Positions 19,099-33,068 of a stretch of DNA of 64,000 bases are shown here, piece after piece. This DNA is from Prochlorococcus sp. AG-388-F11 (lineage in GTDB: Bacteria; Cyanobacteriota; Cyanobacteriia; PCC-6307; Cyanobiaceae), in assembly GCA_003279845.1 (NCBI GenBank), contig QCGP01000003.1, positions 86,456-150,455 of the forward strand. Reading direction: 5' to 3'. The notes under the pieces are model-generated. The model made no database searches and was not told where the DNA came from. It was given only the letters and a program-made list of their open reading frames with translations. How positions within the stretch are numbered: the first letter of the stretch is position 1; the number at the start of each line of letters is the position of its first letter. Made by a program: the position numbers and the translations under genes.

Positions 19099-20994
19099 TC
19101 ATTCAACAGTTACACTTTTAGCTAAATTTCTTGGTTGATCTACATCAAGACCTCTATGAGCAGCAATATGGTAACTCAATAATTGCAAAGGAACTATGTT
19201 AAGTAAAGGTGAAACCCATTCATTGGACGAAGGAATTTTCATTAAATAATCAAAAATTTCAGTTCCATTACATTCAGGAGCAATACCAATCAAATATGAA
19301 TCTCTAGCTTTTGCTTCTTGAGCATTACTAATAACCTTATCGAAAACTTCGCCAGGAGATGCGATGGAAATTACTGGAACTTTTTTATCTAACAAAGCAA
19401 TTGGACCATGTTTCATTTCACCAGCTGGATATCCAGCTGCATGAATGTAACTAATTTCTTTTAATTTTAATGCTCCTTCAAGAGCAATGGGATAATTTAT
19501 TCCTCTTCCTAAAAAAATCACATCCTTAATATTAAAAAAATCATGTGCTAGCTTTTCAGATGATTGATCATGTTTTTCTAAAAGATCTTCTAGTAATGGG
19601 GGTAATTTTATCAGTTCTGTTATTAATTTTTTAATTTCATCTGGACTTTGACTACCTTTAATTTGCGCAAAGTGTATAGCCAAGCCATAAAAAGAGAGTA
19701 GTTGTGCAAAAAAGGTTTTTGTTGCAGCAACTCCCACTTCTATTCCTGCACAAATATCGATTATGTTTGAAACCTGTCTTCCTATAGAGCTCTCACTTCT
19801 ATTTGTTATTGCAATCAGATTAGGTCTAAATTTTTCATCACCAGCTATAGACCTTCGTTTGATTTCCATATCAATAGCCGCAATTGTATCGGCAGTTTCT
19901 CCAGATTGTGAAACTCCAATAGTTAATGTATTTGGAAGTAATGGGGGAGGTGAGTATCTAAATTCGCTAGCATAATAAACATTAGTGGGAATACCTGAGA
20001 ACTGCTCTAATAGAAAGCTACCCACCATTGCAGCATGTTTACTTGTACCACAAGCAATAATTTCAATTCTCGCAATTGATTCAAGAAACTTTGTATCAAA
20101 AGGATATTTAATTTGATATTGGCCATTTTCTGAGTTTTTGATTAAATAATTTTCTAACCAATTTTTGGCAGTATCAGGCTGATCATAAATTTCTTTTAAC
20201 ATAAAGTGTTTGAAATTCATCTTATCTATTACTTGCTCTGAGACTTTTAAAGAAACTGGATTTCTATATTGTCTCTCGTTATTAGAATCATATATTTCAA
20301 TTCCAAGAGGAGTTAATAAAGCAATTTCTTCATCCTCCAAAGGCAAAATAATATTAGTAAAGTTTGCAATGGCTGGCGTATCACTCGCACATATAAATTC
20401 TCCTTCTCCTAAACCTATAATTAAAGGAGCTTGTCTTCTTGCAACTACCAGAGAAGAAGGGGCACCGGACCACAAAACTGCTAAGGCATAAGATCCTTCT
20501 AAATCAGAAATTACATTTCTAACAGCTACTAATAATGTTGAACCATTATTCTCAAGCTTAAGTTTACTTAATGTATTTAGTTCCCTTTGAATTAAATGAG
20601 GAATTACCTCAGTATCTGTATCAGAATTGAAAATAATACCCTCTTTCTGTAGTTTATTTTTTAAATCTTGGAAATTTTCAATAATGCCATTTTGAACAAC
20701 TGCAACTGTTCCTGAACTATCGATATGCGGATGTGCATTTTTAACTTCTGGTTTTCCATGGGTTGCCCATCGAGTATGTCCTATACCTACAGTTCCAGGA
20801 ATATTCTTTTCACTAAGATTATTAATTAAATTTTTGAGTTTACCTTCTGTTTTGTTACAAACGATATTTTTTGTTTCAGAGTGAATTATTGCAATACCTG
20901 CTGAATCGTAACCTCTGTATTCGAGTTTTCCTAAACCATTAAGTAACAATGGTAAGGCTTTTTTATAACCAGTAACAGCAACTATTCCACACAT
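19099..20994 (-). CDS. glmS: Glutamine--fructose-6-phosphate aminotransferase
   Basis: MCGI, LEYRGYDSAG, GHTRWATHG and PRNLAKSVTVE. Confidence 0.99.
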   Translation of the reverse strand: MCGIVAVTGYKKALPLLLNGLGKLEYRGYDSAGIAIIHSETKNIVCNKTEGKLKNLINNLSEKNIPGTVGIGHTRWATHGKPEVKNAHPHIDSSGTVAVVQNGIIENFQDLKNKLQKEGIIFNSDTDTEVIPHLIQRELNTLSKLKLENNGSTLLVAVRNVISDLEGSYALAVLWSGAPSSLVVARRQAPLIIGLGEGEFICASDTPAIANFTNIILPLEDEEIALLTPLGIEIYDSNNERQYRNPVSLKVSEQVIDKMNFKHFMLKEIYDQPDTAKNWLENYLIKNSENGQYQIKYPFDTKFLESIARIEIIACGTSKHAAMVGSFLLEQFSGIPTNVYYASEFRYSPPPLLPNTLTIGVSQSGETADTIAAIDMEIKRRSIAGDEKFRPNLIAITNRSESSIGRQVSNIIDICAGIEVGVAATKTFFAQLLSFYGLAIHFAQIKGSQSPDEIKKLITELIKLPPLLEDLLEKHDQSSEKLAHDFFNIKDVIFLGRGINYPIALEGALKLKEISYIHAAGYPAGEMKHGPIALLDKKVPVISIASPGEVFDKVISNAQEAKARDSYLIGIAPECNGTEIFDYLMKIPSSNEWVSPLLNIVPLQLLSYHIAAHRGLDVDQPRNLAKSVTVE

Positions 20995-21075
20995 ACATCA
21001 TTTTTTTTTCAATTATATTGAAAAAAAAAGAGTATTTATTGAAATATGGACTCTCTTATAACTGCACTATAAAAG

Positions 21076-21363
<288 letters not shown>

Positions 21364-21454
21364 TTACAAAGAAATTAAAAAAATTAAGATATGCTTCACT
21401 CTTGTTAACTCTAGGGCATAAAATCTTATAGATAATTAGTAAATTCCATAAACT

Positions 21455-21694
21455 ATGTCACAAGAAATCCTCGAAAAAGTCTGTTCTATTGTTTCAGAGC
21501 AATTAAGCGTTGAAGCAGGAGAAGTAAAATCAGATTCAAATTTCCAAAATGATTTAGGTGCAGATTCTCTAGATACCGTTGAATTAGTAATGGCTTTAGA
21601 GGAAGCATTTGATATTGAAATTCCCGATGAAGCAGCTGAAGGTATCGCAACTGTTGGCGATGCAGTAAAATTCATCGAAGAAAAAAAAGGTTAA
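21455..21694 (+). CDS. acpP: Acyl carrier protein
   Basis: [11 protein letters not shown] phosphopantetheine site. Confidence 0.99.
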   Translation: MSQEILEKVCSIVSEQLSVEAGEVKSDSNFQNDLGADSLDTVELVMALEEAFDIEIPDEAAEGIATVGDAVKFIEEKKG

Positions 21695-21702
21695 TTTAAA
21701 GA

Positions 21703-22947
21703 ATGCCAAATTTCCATCGAGTAGTTATTACTGGTATTGGAGCAGTAACTCCAATTGGTAATAACATTGATGAATATTTAGTCGGTCTTCAAAAGGGTAC
21801 TAATGGGGTCTCAGATATTACTCTCTTTGATCCTGAACAACATCCCTGCAAATTTGCTGCAGAAGTAAAAAATCTTCAATCTGAGAATTTTATTGAAGCT
21901 AAAGAATCCAAAAGATGGGACCGTTTTTCCCAGTTTGGAGTTATTGCTGCAAAGCAAGCCTTTAATGATTCTGGACTTGAAATTACTGAAGCTAATGCAT
22001 CAAGAATTGGAGTGATTATTGGTTCAGGTGTTGGAGGCTTACTAACTATGGAAAGTCAAGCTCAAATATTGAGTCATAAAGGGCCTAAAAGAGTAAGTCC
22101 ATTTACAGTCCCAATGATGATTCCAAACATGGCAACTGGATTGGCTGCCATAGCTTTGGGTGCAAAAGGACCAAGTTCGTCAGTTTCAACCGCTTGCGCT
22201 GCCGGTTCAAATGCAATTGGTGATTCTTTTAGATTACTCCAACTTGGAAAAGCAGATGCAATGATCTGTGGAGGAGCAGAAGCAAGTATTACGCCTCTAG
22301 GAGTAGCTGGTTTTGCTAGTGCCAAAGCTCTTTCTTTCAGAAATGACAGTCCTCAAACTGCTAGCAGACCTTTTGATGCTGAAAGAGATGGATTTGTTAT
22401 TGGAGAGGGATCTGGAATTCTTGTTTTAGAGACTTTAGAAAATGCACAAAAAAGGAATGCGAGAATTTATGCAGAAATAATTGGATATGGAACAACATGT
22501 GATGCTCATCATATAACTGCTCCATCTCCAGGAGGGATTGGTGGCGCCGAAGCTATCAAATTAGCAATCGAAGACGCCTGTCTTAGCCTTGAAAAAGTTG
22601 ATTACATAAATGCTCATGGGACAAGCACATCAGCTAATGATAAAAATGAAACTTCTGCAATTAAATCTATTTTTAGAGACAGATCTTACCTTATTCCTGT
22701 AAGCTCTACTAAGTCGATGACTGGTCATCTCCTAGGAGGCTCAGGAGGCATAGAAGCTGTAGCTTGTATACTTTCTTTGACACATAATTTTATCCCTCCT
22801 ACAATTAACTACGTCAATCCAGATCCTGAATGTGATCTTGATTATGTACCAAATAATGCGAGAGAAGCTCAAGTAGGAGTTGCTCTTTCAAATTCTTTCG
22901 GCTTTGGTGGTCACAATGTTTGCCTTGCTTTCAGCAAAATGAATTGA
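21703..22947 (+). CDS. fabF: 3-oxoacyl-ACP synthase II
   Basis: TACAAG, NAHGTST, GHLLG and SNSFGFGG. Confidence 0.98.
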   Translation: MPNFHRVVITGIGAVTPIGNNIDEYLVGLQKGTNGVSDITLFDPEQHPCKFAAEVKNLQSENFIEAKESKRWDRFSQFGVIAAKQAFNDSGLEITEANASRIGVIIGSGVGGLLTMESQAQILSHKGPKRVSPFTVPMMIPNMATGLAAIALGAKGPSSSVSTACAAGSNAIGDSFRLLQLGKADAMICGGAEASITPLGVAGFASAKALSFRNDSPQTASRPFDAERDGFVIGEGSGILVLETLENAQKRNARIYAEIIGYGTTCDAHHITAPSPGGIGGAEAIKLAIEDACLSLEKVDYINAHGTSTSANDKNETSAIKSIFRDRSYLIPVSSTKSMTGHLLGGSGGIEAVACILSLTHNFIPPTINYVNPDPECDLDYVPNNAREAQVGVALSNSFGFGGHNVCLAFSKMN

Positions 22948-22988
22948 AGACAACCAATTCTATTTCCAACTTAACTTACTTTAAAACA

Positions 22989-24995
22989 ATGGTCGCTGCA
23001 TCTGTTTCATTAGAATCACTTTATGTAAATAGTATAAGAATGCTTGCTGTAGATGCAGTAAATAAATCTAATAGTGGACATCCTGGACTTCCAATGGGAT
23101 GTGCTCCTATGGGTTATGCATTATGGCAAAACATTCTTAATCACAACCCCAATAACCCAAAATGGTTCAATAGAGACCGTTTTGTATTATCAGCTGGTCA
23201 TGGCTGTATGCTGTTATATTCTTTGCTTCATTTGACAGGATACAAATCAGTTTCTATAGAAGATATTAAAGAATTTAGACAATGGGGATCAAAAACTCCT
23301 GGACATCCAGAAACATTCGAAACTGAAGGTGTTGAGGTTACAGCTGGTCCTCTTGGAGCTGGAATTTCAAATGCAGTTGGTTTAGCAATAGCTGAAACTC
23401 ACTTAGCAGCTAAATTTAATAAGCCTGATTGTAATATCGTTGATCACTATACTTACGTAATAATGGGTGACGGCTGTAATCAAGAAGGTATAGCATCAGA
23501 GGCCTGCTCATTAGCTGGTCACCTTAAGCTTGGAAAATTAATTGCACTTTATGACGATAATCAAATTACAATTGATGGGCGAACTGACGTTTCTTTCACC
23601 GAAGATGTTTTAAAAAGATACGAAGCTTATGGATGGCATGTACAACATGTTGAAGATGGGAATCATGATGTTAAAGGAATAACTGAAGCTATCGAAAAAG
23701 CAAAATTAATTACAGACAAACCTTCAATTATAAAAATTTCTACAACCATAGGTTATGGTTCGCCCAATAAATCAGATACTGCTGGAATTCATGGAGCAGC
23801 TGTTGGAGAAGAAGAAGCTGCATTAACTAGAGAGTTTCTAAATTGGGAATATCCTCCATTTGAAATCCCAGATGAAGTATATGCGCATTTTAGAAAATCA
23901 ATAACTAAAGGCGAAAACTTAGAGAAAGAATGGGATTCTAAATTTGAAGAATATCAAAAAAAATATCCTTCTAAAGGTGCTGAGTTAAACAGAATGTTAA
24001 AAGGCCAATTACCTGAGAATTGGGACTCAGATCTCCCATCTTATACACCTGATGATAAAGGGTTAGCAACAAGAAAGCATTCACAAATATGTTTAGGTGC
24101 TTTAGGACCTAACCTGCCTGAATTAATTGGTGGATCAGCAGATTTAACTCACTCTAACTACACAGATATCAAAGGGGAAACAGGATCATTCCAGCCTCAT
24201 AGTCCTGAAAAAAGATATTTACACTTTGGTGTACGAGAGCATGCAATGGCAGCTGTACTTAATGGAATTGCATATCACAATAGTGGTCTTATTCCTTATG
24301 GTGGAACCTTCCTTGTTTTCGCTGATTATATGAGAGGTTCAATGAGACTTTCTGCACTCAGCGAACTAGGAGTGATCTATGTATTGACCCATGATTCAAT
24401 TGGTGTAGGAGAAGACGGCCCAACACATCAACCAATTGAAACTATCCCTTCTCTTCGTGCTATGCCTAACATGCTAGTTTTCAGACCAGGAGATGGAAAT
24501 GAGACAAGTGGAGCTTATAAGCTTGCTATTCAAAATAGAAAAAGACCTTCTGCCCTTTGTTTAAGTAGACAAGGCATGCCAAATCAAGCAAATACTTCGA
24601 TCGACAAAGTTGCCCTAGGAGGATATGTAGTTTCCGATTGCGAAGGAACACCAGATCTAATATTTATTGGTACTGGAAGCGAACTAAATCTTTGCATTGA
24701 AGCAAGTAAGGAAATTTCAAACTTAGGTAAAAAAATTAGAGTTGTTTCTATGCCTTGTGTAGAACTTTTCGAAGAGCAAGAAGAATCTTACAAAGAAAGT
24801 GTTTTACCTAGTAGTGTAAAAAAGAGAGTTGTAGTAGAAGCTGCCCATTCATTTGGTTGGCATAAATATACAGGTTTTGATGGGATTTGTATTACTATGG
24901 ACAGGTTTGGGGCATCAGCACCAGGTGGAGAATGTATGAAAAATTTTGGATTTACAGTCGAAAACGTGGTTAATAAGACGAAGGAAATCTTATAA
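22989..24995 (+). CDS. tktA: Transketolase
   Basis: [15 protein letters not shown] and [16 protein letters not shown]. In-frame ATG at 22989 preferred to the TTG at 22920. Confidence 0.98.
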   Translation: MVAASVSLESLYVNSIRMLAVDAVNKSNSGHPGLPMGCAPMGYALWQNILNHNPNNPKWFNRDRFVLSAGHGCMLLYSLLHLTGYKSVSIEDIKEFRQWGSKTPGHPETFETEGVEVTAGPLGAGISNAVGLAIAETHLAAKFNKPDCNIVDHYTYVIMGDGCNQEGIASEACSLAGHLKLGKLIALYDDNQITIDGRTDVSFTEDVLKRYEAYGWHVQHVEDGNHDVKGITEAIEKAKLITDKPSIIKISTTIGYGSPNKSDTAGIHGAAVGEEEAALTREFLNWEYPPFEIPDEVYAHFRKSITKGENLEKEWDSKFEEYQKKYPSKGAELNRMLKGQLPENWDSDLPSYTPDDKGLATRKHSQICLGALGPNLPELIGGSADLTHSNYTDIKGETGSFQPHSPEKRYLHFGVREHAMAAVLNGIAYHNSGLIPYGGTFLVFADYMRGSMRLSALSELGVIYVLTHDSIGVGEDGPTHQPIETIPSLRAMPNMLVFRPGDGNETSGAYKLAIQNRKRPSALCLSRQGMPNQANTSIDKVALGGYVVSDCEGTPDLIFIGTGSELNLCIEASKEISNLGKKIRVVSMPCVELFEEQEESYKESVLPSSVKKRVVVEAAHSFGWHKYTGFDGICITMDRFGASAPGGECMKNFGFTVENVVNKTKEIL

Positions 24996-25009
24996 CAAGT
25001 AATTGATAA

Positions 25010-26386
<1,377 letters not shown>

Positions 26387-26427
26387 CTAATTTTTAAAAG
26401 TGTTATTACTAAAGTTTGATCAAATCT

Positions 26428-26510
26428 CCACTTCCCTGCATCAAAATTAATGATTCAGGTTCAAAGGGTATGATCTCAGCTAAGTTAAATTTCTTAGCAC
26501 CCCTAGTATT
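26428..26510 (-). promoter_or_regulatory. TPP riboswitch upstream of thiC
   Basis: Minus strand reads ACUAGGGGUGC-(GCUAAG/CUUAGC P3)-CUGAGA-UCAUACCC-UUUGAACCUGA...GCAGGGAAGU. Confidence 0.9.
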
Positions 26511-26576
26511 AATATTATTAATAGCTCTTTTCTAAAGAATAGTCATCTCATATTGCGTGAAAATAAATAAAATAGT

Positions 26577-26792
26577 TTATTTAACTTTTTGAAAAGACTT
26601 AATCTTTTTTAAGATATTTTTCCTATACAATTTCCTTCCTACATCTTTTTCCAAAATAATTGAAATCCCGATTAGGCCAATAGGTAAGTAAAAAATTTTC
26701 TTTGAATTTTCCCTAAATATTAAGCTAATGATAGATATAAGAATCATGAAAGGCGCCACAAAAGATAAAATAAATCGGTTATTAAGTTTCAT
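26577..26792 (-). CDS. Small membrane protein (DUF3188-like)
   Basis: 71 aa with two hydrophobic segments and a basic tail. Family assigned from memory. Confidence 0.6.
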   Translation of the reverse strand: MKLNNRFILSFVAPFMILISIISLIFRENSKKIFYLPIGLIGISIILEKDVGRKLYRKNILKKIKSFQKVK

Positions 26793-26795
26793 TTT

Positions 26796-27974
26796 TTAAT
26801 ATTTATTAATTAGATCTTTATTTAATTTTACTATGGATTCTGTTATCACTTTAATTCCAACAGCAATAGCTCTCTCATCTGGATTAAATGTGGAGCTATG
26901 TAGGGGAGAACATCCATTTGAACTAGCGACACCTAGTCTAAACATAGCTCCAGGGATTTCATTCAAGAACTCAGCAAAATCTTCAGCACCTAATGATGGT
27001 TTTTGTAATTCGATAACATTCTCTTGACCCAAAACCTTAATTCCCGAATCTCTAAGGACTTTATTAATTTCAGAATTATTATTTACTGGTGGAGTAATTT
27101 CTCTAAAAATTACTTTTGCATCAGCTCCGCAACTTTTTGCTAAAGAAGAAATATTTGCTTTAAGCCAATTACTGAGATTCTTAAATAATTTTGGATTAGT
27201 GCATCGTACTGTACCAATTAAATTAACTTTTTCAGCAAGAACATTGAACGCATTGCCACCATTAATCTTTCCAAAAGTTATGACTAGAGGATCTAAAGGA
27301 TCTAACTTCCGCGTTATTAATTCTTGAATACCTGAGATAACTTTAGAGGCTACCCAAATAGCATCAATCCCTTCATGGGGGCGGGCACCATGTCCTGATT
27401 TACCTTTAATCTCCACCTTGAGTTCTCCAGCGGCTGCAGTTAAACTTCCCTCTTTAATCCCAATAGTTCCTACAGACAATTCAGGGTATACATGAAGACC
27501 CAAAATATGTGTTAAACCAATAGCTGCACCATCTTTAATCATCCATCTAGCTCCACTTGCAATTTCTTCAGCTGGCTGAAAAATTATCCTAATCCCAAAA
27601 TCAAGTTTTAAATCCCTTATGATTTTTGCCACACCCAAGCCAACCGCAATATGTAAATCGTGACCACACGCATGCATAACACCATCAACTTTTGAAGAAA
27701 AACTTAATTTAGTTTCCTCTAATATTGGTAAAGCATCCATATCCACTCTTAAACCAATAATACCTTTGTCTAAAGGTCCAAAATCAGCTATAACTCCAGT
27801 TCTGCCAATAGATTCTTTTACACTCCAACCAATATTTTTTAAATAACCACTTATCAAAATTGCTGTTTGTTTTTCAAGACCACTTAATTCCGGGTGGGCA
27901 TGAATATGTCTTCTTAAATTAATTAATTCATCATTAAACGAATCAATTTTCTTAAAACAATAATCTCTATTCAT
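26796..27974 (-). CDS. M20D family amidohydrolase
   Basis: RRHIHAHPELS, DMDALP, MHACGHD, FQPAEE and GAEDF. Confidence 0.93.
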   Translation of the reverse strand: MNRDYCFKKIDSFNDELINLRRHIHAHPELSGLEKQTAILISGYLKNIGWSVKESIGRTGVIADFGPLDKGIIGLRVDMDALPILEETKLSFSSKVDGVMHACGHDLHIAVGLGVAKIIRDLKLDFGIRIIFQPAEEIASGARWMIKDGAAIGLTHILGLHVYPELSVGTIGIKEGSLTAAAGELKVEIKGKSGHGARPHEGIDAIWVASKVISGIQELITRKLDPLDPLVITFGKINGGNAFNVLAEKVNLIGTVRCTNPKLFKNLSNWLKANISSLAKSCGADAKVIFREITPPVNNNSEINKVLRDSGIKVLGQENVIELQKPSLGAEDFAEFLNEIPGAMFRLGVASSNGCSPLHSSTFNPDERAIAVGIKVITESIVKLNKDLINKY

Positions 27975-27978
27975 TGCT

Positions 27979-28779
27979 TTATTTTAAATCGATAAATTTC
28001 ATTAAATCTTTAGTTGGTTTTGGAGGCCATCTTCTTACTTTTAATAACCATTCTTCATCACTATATCTAGGATCTAATTCAGTTACTGCTATCCAATTAC
28101 TCTCTGCCTTACCAAATTCACCCTTGGACCAATTCAAAGCTGTTAAAGCTGCCCTAGCATCTGCAAAAGTTGGATAACGTCTAATTAATTTTTTTAATTC
28201 TTTTTCAGATTCATCAATGTTCCCCACCTGGAAATCCGCCAAAGCCATGCTGGATCTTGCCATAGCAAATCCAGGATTATATAAAGCAGCTTCTGAGAAT
28301 AAATCTCTTGCTTTTTCCCATTGTGATGTAGAACCTTCAACATTAGCCAAATTATATAATGCAGAGAAATTTTTAGTATCTTGCGAAATGACAAACAAAT
28401 AATCTTTTTTCGCTTGCGACCATAGACCCAATGCTTCCTCTGCGATACCTCTATTAATATAAGGATCAATTTCACTAGGATTCAAACTTATAGCCTTATT
28501 TTGGTCATCTATTGATCCCTCTATATCTCCAATGACAAGTTTTACATTTCCTCTATTGCTCAAACCAGCAGCATCATCAGGATAATAATCGAGATAGCTA
28601 TCCCATTGTTGTAAAGCTAAATTAAATTTTCCGCCTGAACTTAAATCTAATGCATATTTAAACAAATCCTCTCTGGAAGATAATGAATAGCATGGTGCAA
28701 TATAAAAAATATTGACAAAAACAAAAATTAACAAAAAGCAAACCTTTACTTTTTTAAAAGTTATCATTTTTTGAATCAA
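27979..28779 (-). CDS. TPR-repeat protein with an N-terminal signal/membrane segment
   Basis: Repeated NRG...LG...A..D..KAI..NP patterns. Start uncertain. Confidence 0.85.
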   Translation of the reverse strand: MIQKMITFKKVKVCFLLIFVFVNIFYIAPCYSLSSREDLFKYALDLSSGGKFNLALQQWDSYLDYYPDDAAGLSNRGNVKLVIGDIEGSIDDQNKAISLNPSEIDPYINRGIAEEALGLWSQAKKDYLFVISQDTKNFSALYNLANVEGSTSQWEKARDLFSEAALYNPGFAMARSSMALADFQVGNIDESEKELKKLIRRYPTFADARAALTALNWSKGEFGKAESNWIAVTELDPRYSDEEWLLKVRRWPPKPTKDLMKFIDLK

Positions 28780-29812
28780 TGTACTTTTTCCCTAAAGCAG
28801 TAAGCAATCTTCCTCGAGGAGTTCTCAAAAGGAAACCAATTTGCATGAGATATGGCTCAACTACAAATTCTAACATTGAAGACTCATCACCCAATCCCGC
28901 TGCGAGTGAATCTAGGCCAGTCGGAATATTACTGTTTTGATTTAAAAAAGACAAATATTGTCTATCTAAAGAATCCAATCCTTTTTCGTCTATTTGGTGG
29001 GAATCTAAAGCTTCTTTTACTAAATATTTGGAAATAAAATTAGTTTTCTTAACAACTTGAGCATAATCTCTAACTCGTCTTAACAATCTCAAAGCAACTC
29101 TTGGAGTCCCTCTTGATATCTTTGCCAAATGATAAGATGCTTCGTCGTCTAAATTAAGTTTTATTAATCGGGAGAAATTAACAATTATTTTTTTTAATTC
29201 ATCATATTTATAAAATTCAATTTTTTGAGATATCCCAAATCTATCTCTTAAAGGGGCACTTATTGACGCTAATTTAGTCGTCGCACCAATCAGAGTAAAT
29301 CTTGGAAGATTAATAGTTCTGCAGCGTGCTCCTCTGTTAGCCCCCATAGTTAAATCTAATCTAAAATCCTCCATTGCAGAATATAACAACTCTTCAGTTA
29401 ACCTATTTAAGCGATGTATCTCATCGATGAATAAAACTTCACCTTCTTTTAATCCAAGCAATAACCCTACAATATCCCTAGGTCTTTCAATAGAAGGTGC
29501 AGTAGCTATCCTGCATTTTGTATTCATTTCATGAGCTATCAAAAAAGCTAGGGTGGTCTTTCCTAAACCAGGCTGTCCATATAAAAGAGTATGCTCCAAA
29601 GGTTCTTTCCTATAAATTGAAGCATCTATAGCTATCCTTAAAGAAGTTTTTAATTGTTCTTGGCCAATAAATTCTTTTAAAGTAACAGGGCGTGCTGAGT
29701 TGAGATTATTATTTATTTTTTCTTCTAAAATAATTTTTGAATCAACTAGCCTAAGCTCTTTTTTACGAAGAGAAAAGTCATTATCGCCTACATTGGAGGA
29801 AATTATTGCCAT
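28754..29812 (-). CDS. ruvB: Holliday junction branch-migration helicase RuvB
   Basis: [22 protein letters not shown] and RTPRGR. Confidence 0.98.
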   Translation of the reverse strand: MAIISSNVGDNDFSLRKKELRLVDSKIILEEKINNNLNSARPVTLKEFIGQEQLKTSLRIAIDASIYRKEPLEHTLLYGQPGLGKTTLAFLIAHEMNTKCRIATAPSIERPRDIVGLLLGLKEGEVLFIDEIHRLNRLTEELLYSAMEDFRLDLTMGANRGARCRTINLPRFTLIGATTKLASISAPLRDRFGISQKIEFYKYDELKKIIVNFSRLIKLNLDDEASYHLAKISRGTPRVALRLLRRVRDYAQVVKKTNFISKYLVKEALDSHQIDEKGLDSLDRQYLSFLNQNSNIPTGLDSLAAGLGDESSMLEFVVEPYLMQIGFLLRTPRGRLLTALGKKYIDSKNDNF

Positions 29813-29864
29813 AATAAAAGGTTAATTGCAATTGTTCTGAGTAGAAAGATTTTTTACAACTAAA

Positions 29865-30359
29865 ATGGCAAGAAATTCAAAGAAAACTAAAAAAAATGCA
29901 AAAAAAGAAAATAATTTACAACGTCTAGCTGAAAATAGATATGCAAAATTTCAATATGCAATATCTGAAACAATCGAAGCTGGAATTGAACTTTTAGGGA
30001 CTGAAGTGAAGTCTATTAGAAACGGAAAAGCAAATTTAAGAGATGGATACTGTTCATTCAGAGATGGCGAAATTTTATTGTTAAATGTTCACATTTCACC
30101 ACACAAAAATGTAGGATCTTTTTTTAATCATGATCCATTAAGAAATAGAAAGTTGCTACTACATAAAAAAGAAATTTTAAAACTTAAATCAAATACTGAA
30201 AAAAAAGGAATGACTATTGTTCCATTATCTCTTTATTTAAAGGGTTCATGGATAAAATTGACTATTGGAGTCGGTAAAGGAAAGAAATTACATGACAAAC
30301 GACAAGATGAGAAACAAAAAAGTATGAAAAAAGAAATTAATTCTGCACTAAAAAGATAA
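29865..30359 (+). CDS. smpB: SsrA-binding protein
   Basis: [25 protein letters not shown] and [10 protein letters not shown]. Confidence 0.98.
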   Translation: MARNSKKTKKNAKKENNLQRLAENRYAKFQYAISETIEAGIELLGTEVKSIRNGKANLRDGYCSFRDGEILLLNVHISPHKNVGSFFNHDPLRNRKLLLHKKEILKLKSNTEKKGMTIVPLSLYLKGSWIKLTIGVGKGKKLHDKRQDEKQKSMKKEINSALKR

Positions 30360-30384
30360 AAAATTTTTTTAAGACTTATCAGAA

Positions 30385-30633
30385 CTATAAATCCAAACTT
30401 ACTGAGCTTGGAGGAGGAGAAGGATCTGGATCTGCAATTAACATATGCTGTAAAACAGTTTCAGGTCTCTCACTATCTCTCCAACGGATTTTGTACGCAG
30501 GCATTTTTGTACCCCTGCTTGTTGTTTGTTCTACTGGTTCCATAACCCATCCTCTTCTTGATCTACCTTGAGGATTTCTTTTGACTATTGCATCCGCGTG
30601 CTTGAAACGGAAACCAACACGTTCACCACTCAT
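30385..30633 (-). CDS. Conserved hypothetical protein (small beta-barrel-like, Pro-rich tail)
   Basis: 82-aa ORF with ATG start, downstream of lysS. Confidence 0.7.
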   Translation of the reverse strand: MSGERVGFRFKHADAIVKRNPQGRSRRGWVMEPVEQTTSRGTKMPAYKIRWRDSERPETVLQHMLIADPDPSPPPSSVSLDL

Positions 30634-30662
30634 TTAAAAAATTTCGTATTGGATTGATTTTT

Positions 30663-32201
30663 CTATTTTACTTCATTCAAGGGTAATTTTTCATTTTTAT
30701 TTGAAGTAATTTCTGGTTTTAACAATGGGAAAGGAATTACATCTCTTATTGATGGACTATCTGTAATTAACATAATTAGTCTATCAATACCTATACCTAA
30801 GCCTCCTGTAGGAGGCATTCCAATCTCTAAAGCATTCAAAAAATCTTCATCAATGCAATGAGCCTCAAAATCTCCTTCATCTCTCAGAGATTGCTGTAAT
30901 TGCATTCTTTCTCTTTGATCTACTGGATCTATCAACTCACTAAAGGCATTTGCAAGCTCTCGACCAACAATGAATAATTCAAATCTCTGAACCATTTCTT
31001 TGTTATCGATATGGGGCCTCGCTAAAGGAGAAATTTCAACAGGATAATCTATTACAAAAGTTGGTTCTATAAGTTTTGACTCTACTTTTTGCTCAAAGAC
31101 CTCATTTAAAAGCCTTCCCATACTATTAACTTTATTAGAGAATTCAACATTTATACTTCTAACGGCTTGTTTTGCTTCTTGAAAGTCTCCACCAAAAGAA
31201 TCAAAATCAATCCCTGTATATTTTTTAACTATATCTTTCATGGATATTCTCGACCAAGGCTTAGAAAAATCAATTTCCTTGTTTTGATAATTTAAAATTA
31301 ATGAGCCACATATACTGGTTAATAAATCTTTAATAAGTTCTTCTGTTAAGTTCATCATATCGACATAGTTAGAGAAAGCTTGATAAATTTCAACTGAAGT
31401 AAATTCTGGATTATGCTTTGTGCTGATTCCTTCGTTACGGAAGATTCTTCCCAATTCATAAACTTTTTCAAATCCTCCAACAACCATTCTTTTAAGATGT
31501 AATTCTGTAGCTATCCTTAGATAAAGAGGAATATCTAAAGTATTATGATGAGTAATAAATGGTCTAGCTTCAGCACCACCTGCTTCAGATTGCAGAATAG
31601 GAGTCTCTATCTCTAAAAAATTTCTATTGTCCAGCCATTGTCTTATAAAACTTATACATTTTGCTCTTGTTTTAAATACATTTTTAGAGTGAGGATTGAC
31701 TATTAAATCTAAATAACGTTGTCTGTATCTTTTTTCAATATCAGTCAATCCATGCCATTTATCTGGTAAAGGCTGTAATGATTTAGATAACATTTCCCAA
31801 TTGACTACTTTAATTGAAAGCTCACCTTTATTAGTTTTTTTAATAGTTCCATAGACCCCTATCCAATCACCAATATCAACTATTTCCTTAATATCTTCAA
31901 AAGAAAGTGATTTTTGGTTTTCTAAATCGCAATTAATAATCCCTTTATCTAAATAAAGCTGAATCTGACCTTCTTGATCGATTATCGTAAAAAAGGCAAG
32001 TTTACCCATTACCCTTTTTGCCATTACTCTACCAGCTATAGAAACACTGAAGTTCTCCTCTTGACCATTATCTAAATAATCAAATTTTTGAATAAGAAAT
32101 TTTGTAGTGTGGGAGACTTTAAAACTTTCTGCGTAAGAAGCAAATCCTTTACTAACTAGTGAATTAGCTTTTTGTAAGCGGGCATCTCTTATTTCGGACA
32201 A
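30663..32201 (-). CDS. lysS: Lysine--tRNA ligase (class II)
   Basis: [14 protein letters not shown]...HNPEFT and [18 protein letters not shown] start. Confidence 0.99.
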   Translation of the reverse strand: MSEIRDARLQKANSLVSKGFASYAESFKVSHTTKFLIQKFDYLDNGQEENFSVSIAGRVMAKRVMGKLAFFTIIDQEGQIQLYLDKGIINCDLENQKSLSFEDIKEIVDIGDWIGVYGTIKKTNKGELSIKVVNWEMLSKSLQPLPDKWHGLTDIEKRYRQRYLDLIVNPHSKNVFKTRAKCISFIRQWLDNRNFLEIETPILQSEAGGAEARPFITHHNTLDIPLYLRIATELHLKRMVVGGFEKVYELGRIFRNEGISTKHNPEFTSVEIYQAFSNYVDMMNLTEELIKDLLTSICGSLILNYQNKEIDFSKPWSRISMKDIVKKYTGIDFDSFGGDFQEAKQAVRSINVEFSNKVNSMGRLLNEVFEQKVESKLIEPTFVIDYPVEISPLARPHIDNKEMVQRFELFIVGRELANAFSELIDPVDQRERMQLQQSLRDEGDFEAHCIDEDFLNALEIGMPPTGGLGIGIDRLIMLITDSPSIRDVIPFPLLKPEITSNKNEKLPLNEVK

Positions 32202-32251
32202 AATTTAATTTTATATATTGGTTTTATTTAATAAAAGTATCAGACTAAGGC

Positions 32252-32998
32252 TCAACTTGCCAAAGATGTTGCTGTTTCTCCAACTCTCTGAGAAGCATAT
32301 CCGATCCCTCGGACAGTTAAAATTAACTCTGGATTCCTTGGATCTGGTTCCAATTTACCTCTTAATCTCGCAACATAAACGTCTACAACTCTTAAATCAG
32401 CAGCTCTACGAGGAGGATAACCCCATAGCTGTTCTAATATTTCAGCTCGAGGAACAACTTTACCAGGCTCGTCGAATAATAATTCTAGAAGGCTAAATTC
32501 AGTATAAGTTAGGCTAATTCTTTCCCCTGCTCTGGAAACTTGTCTACGATTAGTATCAACAACTAAACTTCCAAATTTCATAACGCCTTTGCCAGAGGGA
32601 ACCTCTTTAGTTTCTGTCACGGATACAGAAGGTCCCATTCTTCTCAAAATAGTGGCTATCCTGGCTTCTAACTCTTTTGGACTAAATGGTTTAGATAAGT
32701 AATCATCAGCCCCTAAATCCAAACCTGCAACTCTCTCTGAAATTGCTTCTAAAGCGGTTAAAAATATAATTGGTACTACTGATTCAGCTCTAATTCTTCT
32801 GCAAACTGCAAATCCATCCATTTTTGGAAGCATAACATCAAGAACTATCAAGTCTGGAGAATCTCTGTGAAAAGATTCAAGAGCTTCTTCGCCGTTAGTG
32901 GCTGAATAAACTTGATATCCTGCCAGTTGAAGTCTTGTAACTAATACCTTCAAAACTGCTGGTTCATCATCAACAACTAAAATCCTTGCTTTTGACAT
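32252..32998 (-). CDS. srrA: OmpR-family response regulator, RpaB paralogue (SrrA type)
   Basis: Receiver domain (VVDDE, LDVMLP) plus an RpaB-like winged helix (RVVDVYVARLR). Position between mreD and lysS. Confidence 0.8.
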   Translation of the reverse strand: MSKARILVVDDEPAVLKVLVTRLQLAGYQVYSATNGEEALESFHRDSPDLIVLDVMLPKMDGFAVCRRIRAESVVPIIFLTALEAISERVAGLDLGADDYLSKPFSPKELEARIATILRRMGPSVSVTETKEVPSGKGVMKFGSLVVDTNRRQVSRAGERISLTYTEFSLLELLFDEPGKVVPRAEILEQLWGYPPRRAADLRVVDVYVARLRGKLEPDPRNPELILTVRGIGYASQRVGETATSLAS

Positions 32999-33068
32999 AG
33001 GTAAAAAAGATTTCTCGATACTTCAAAGCAAAGAATTATTGCATTGAATATTTATACTAACAATTAAA

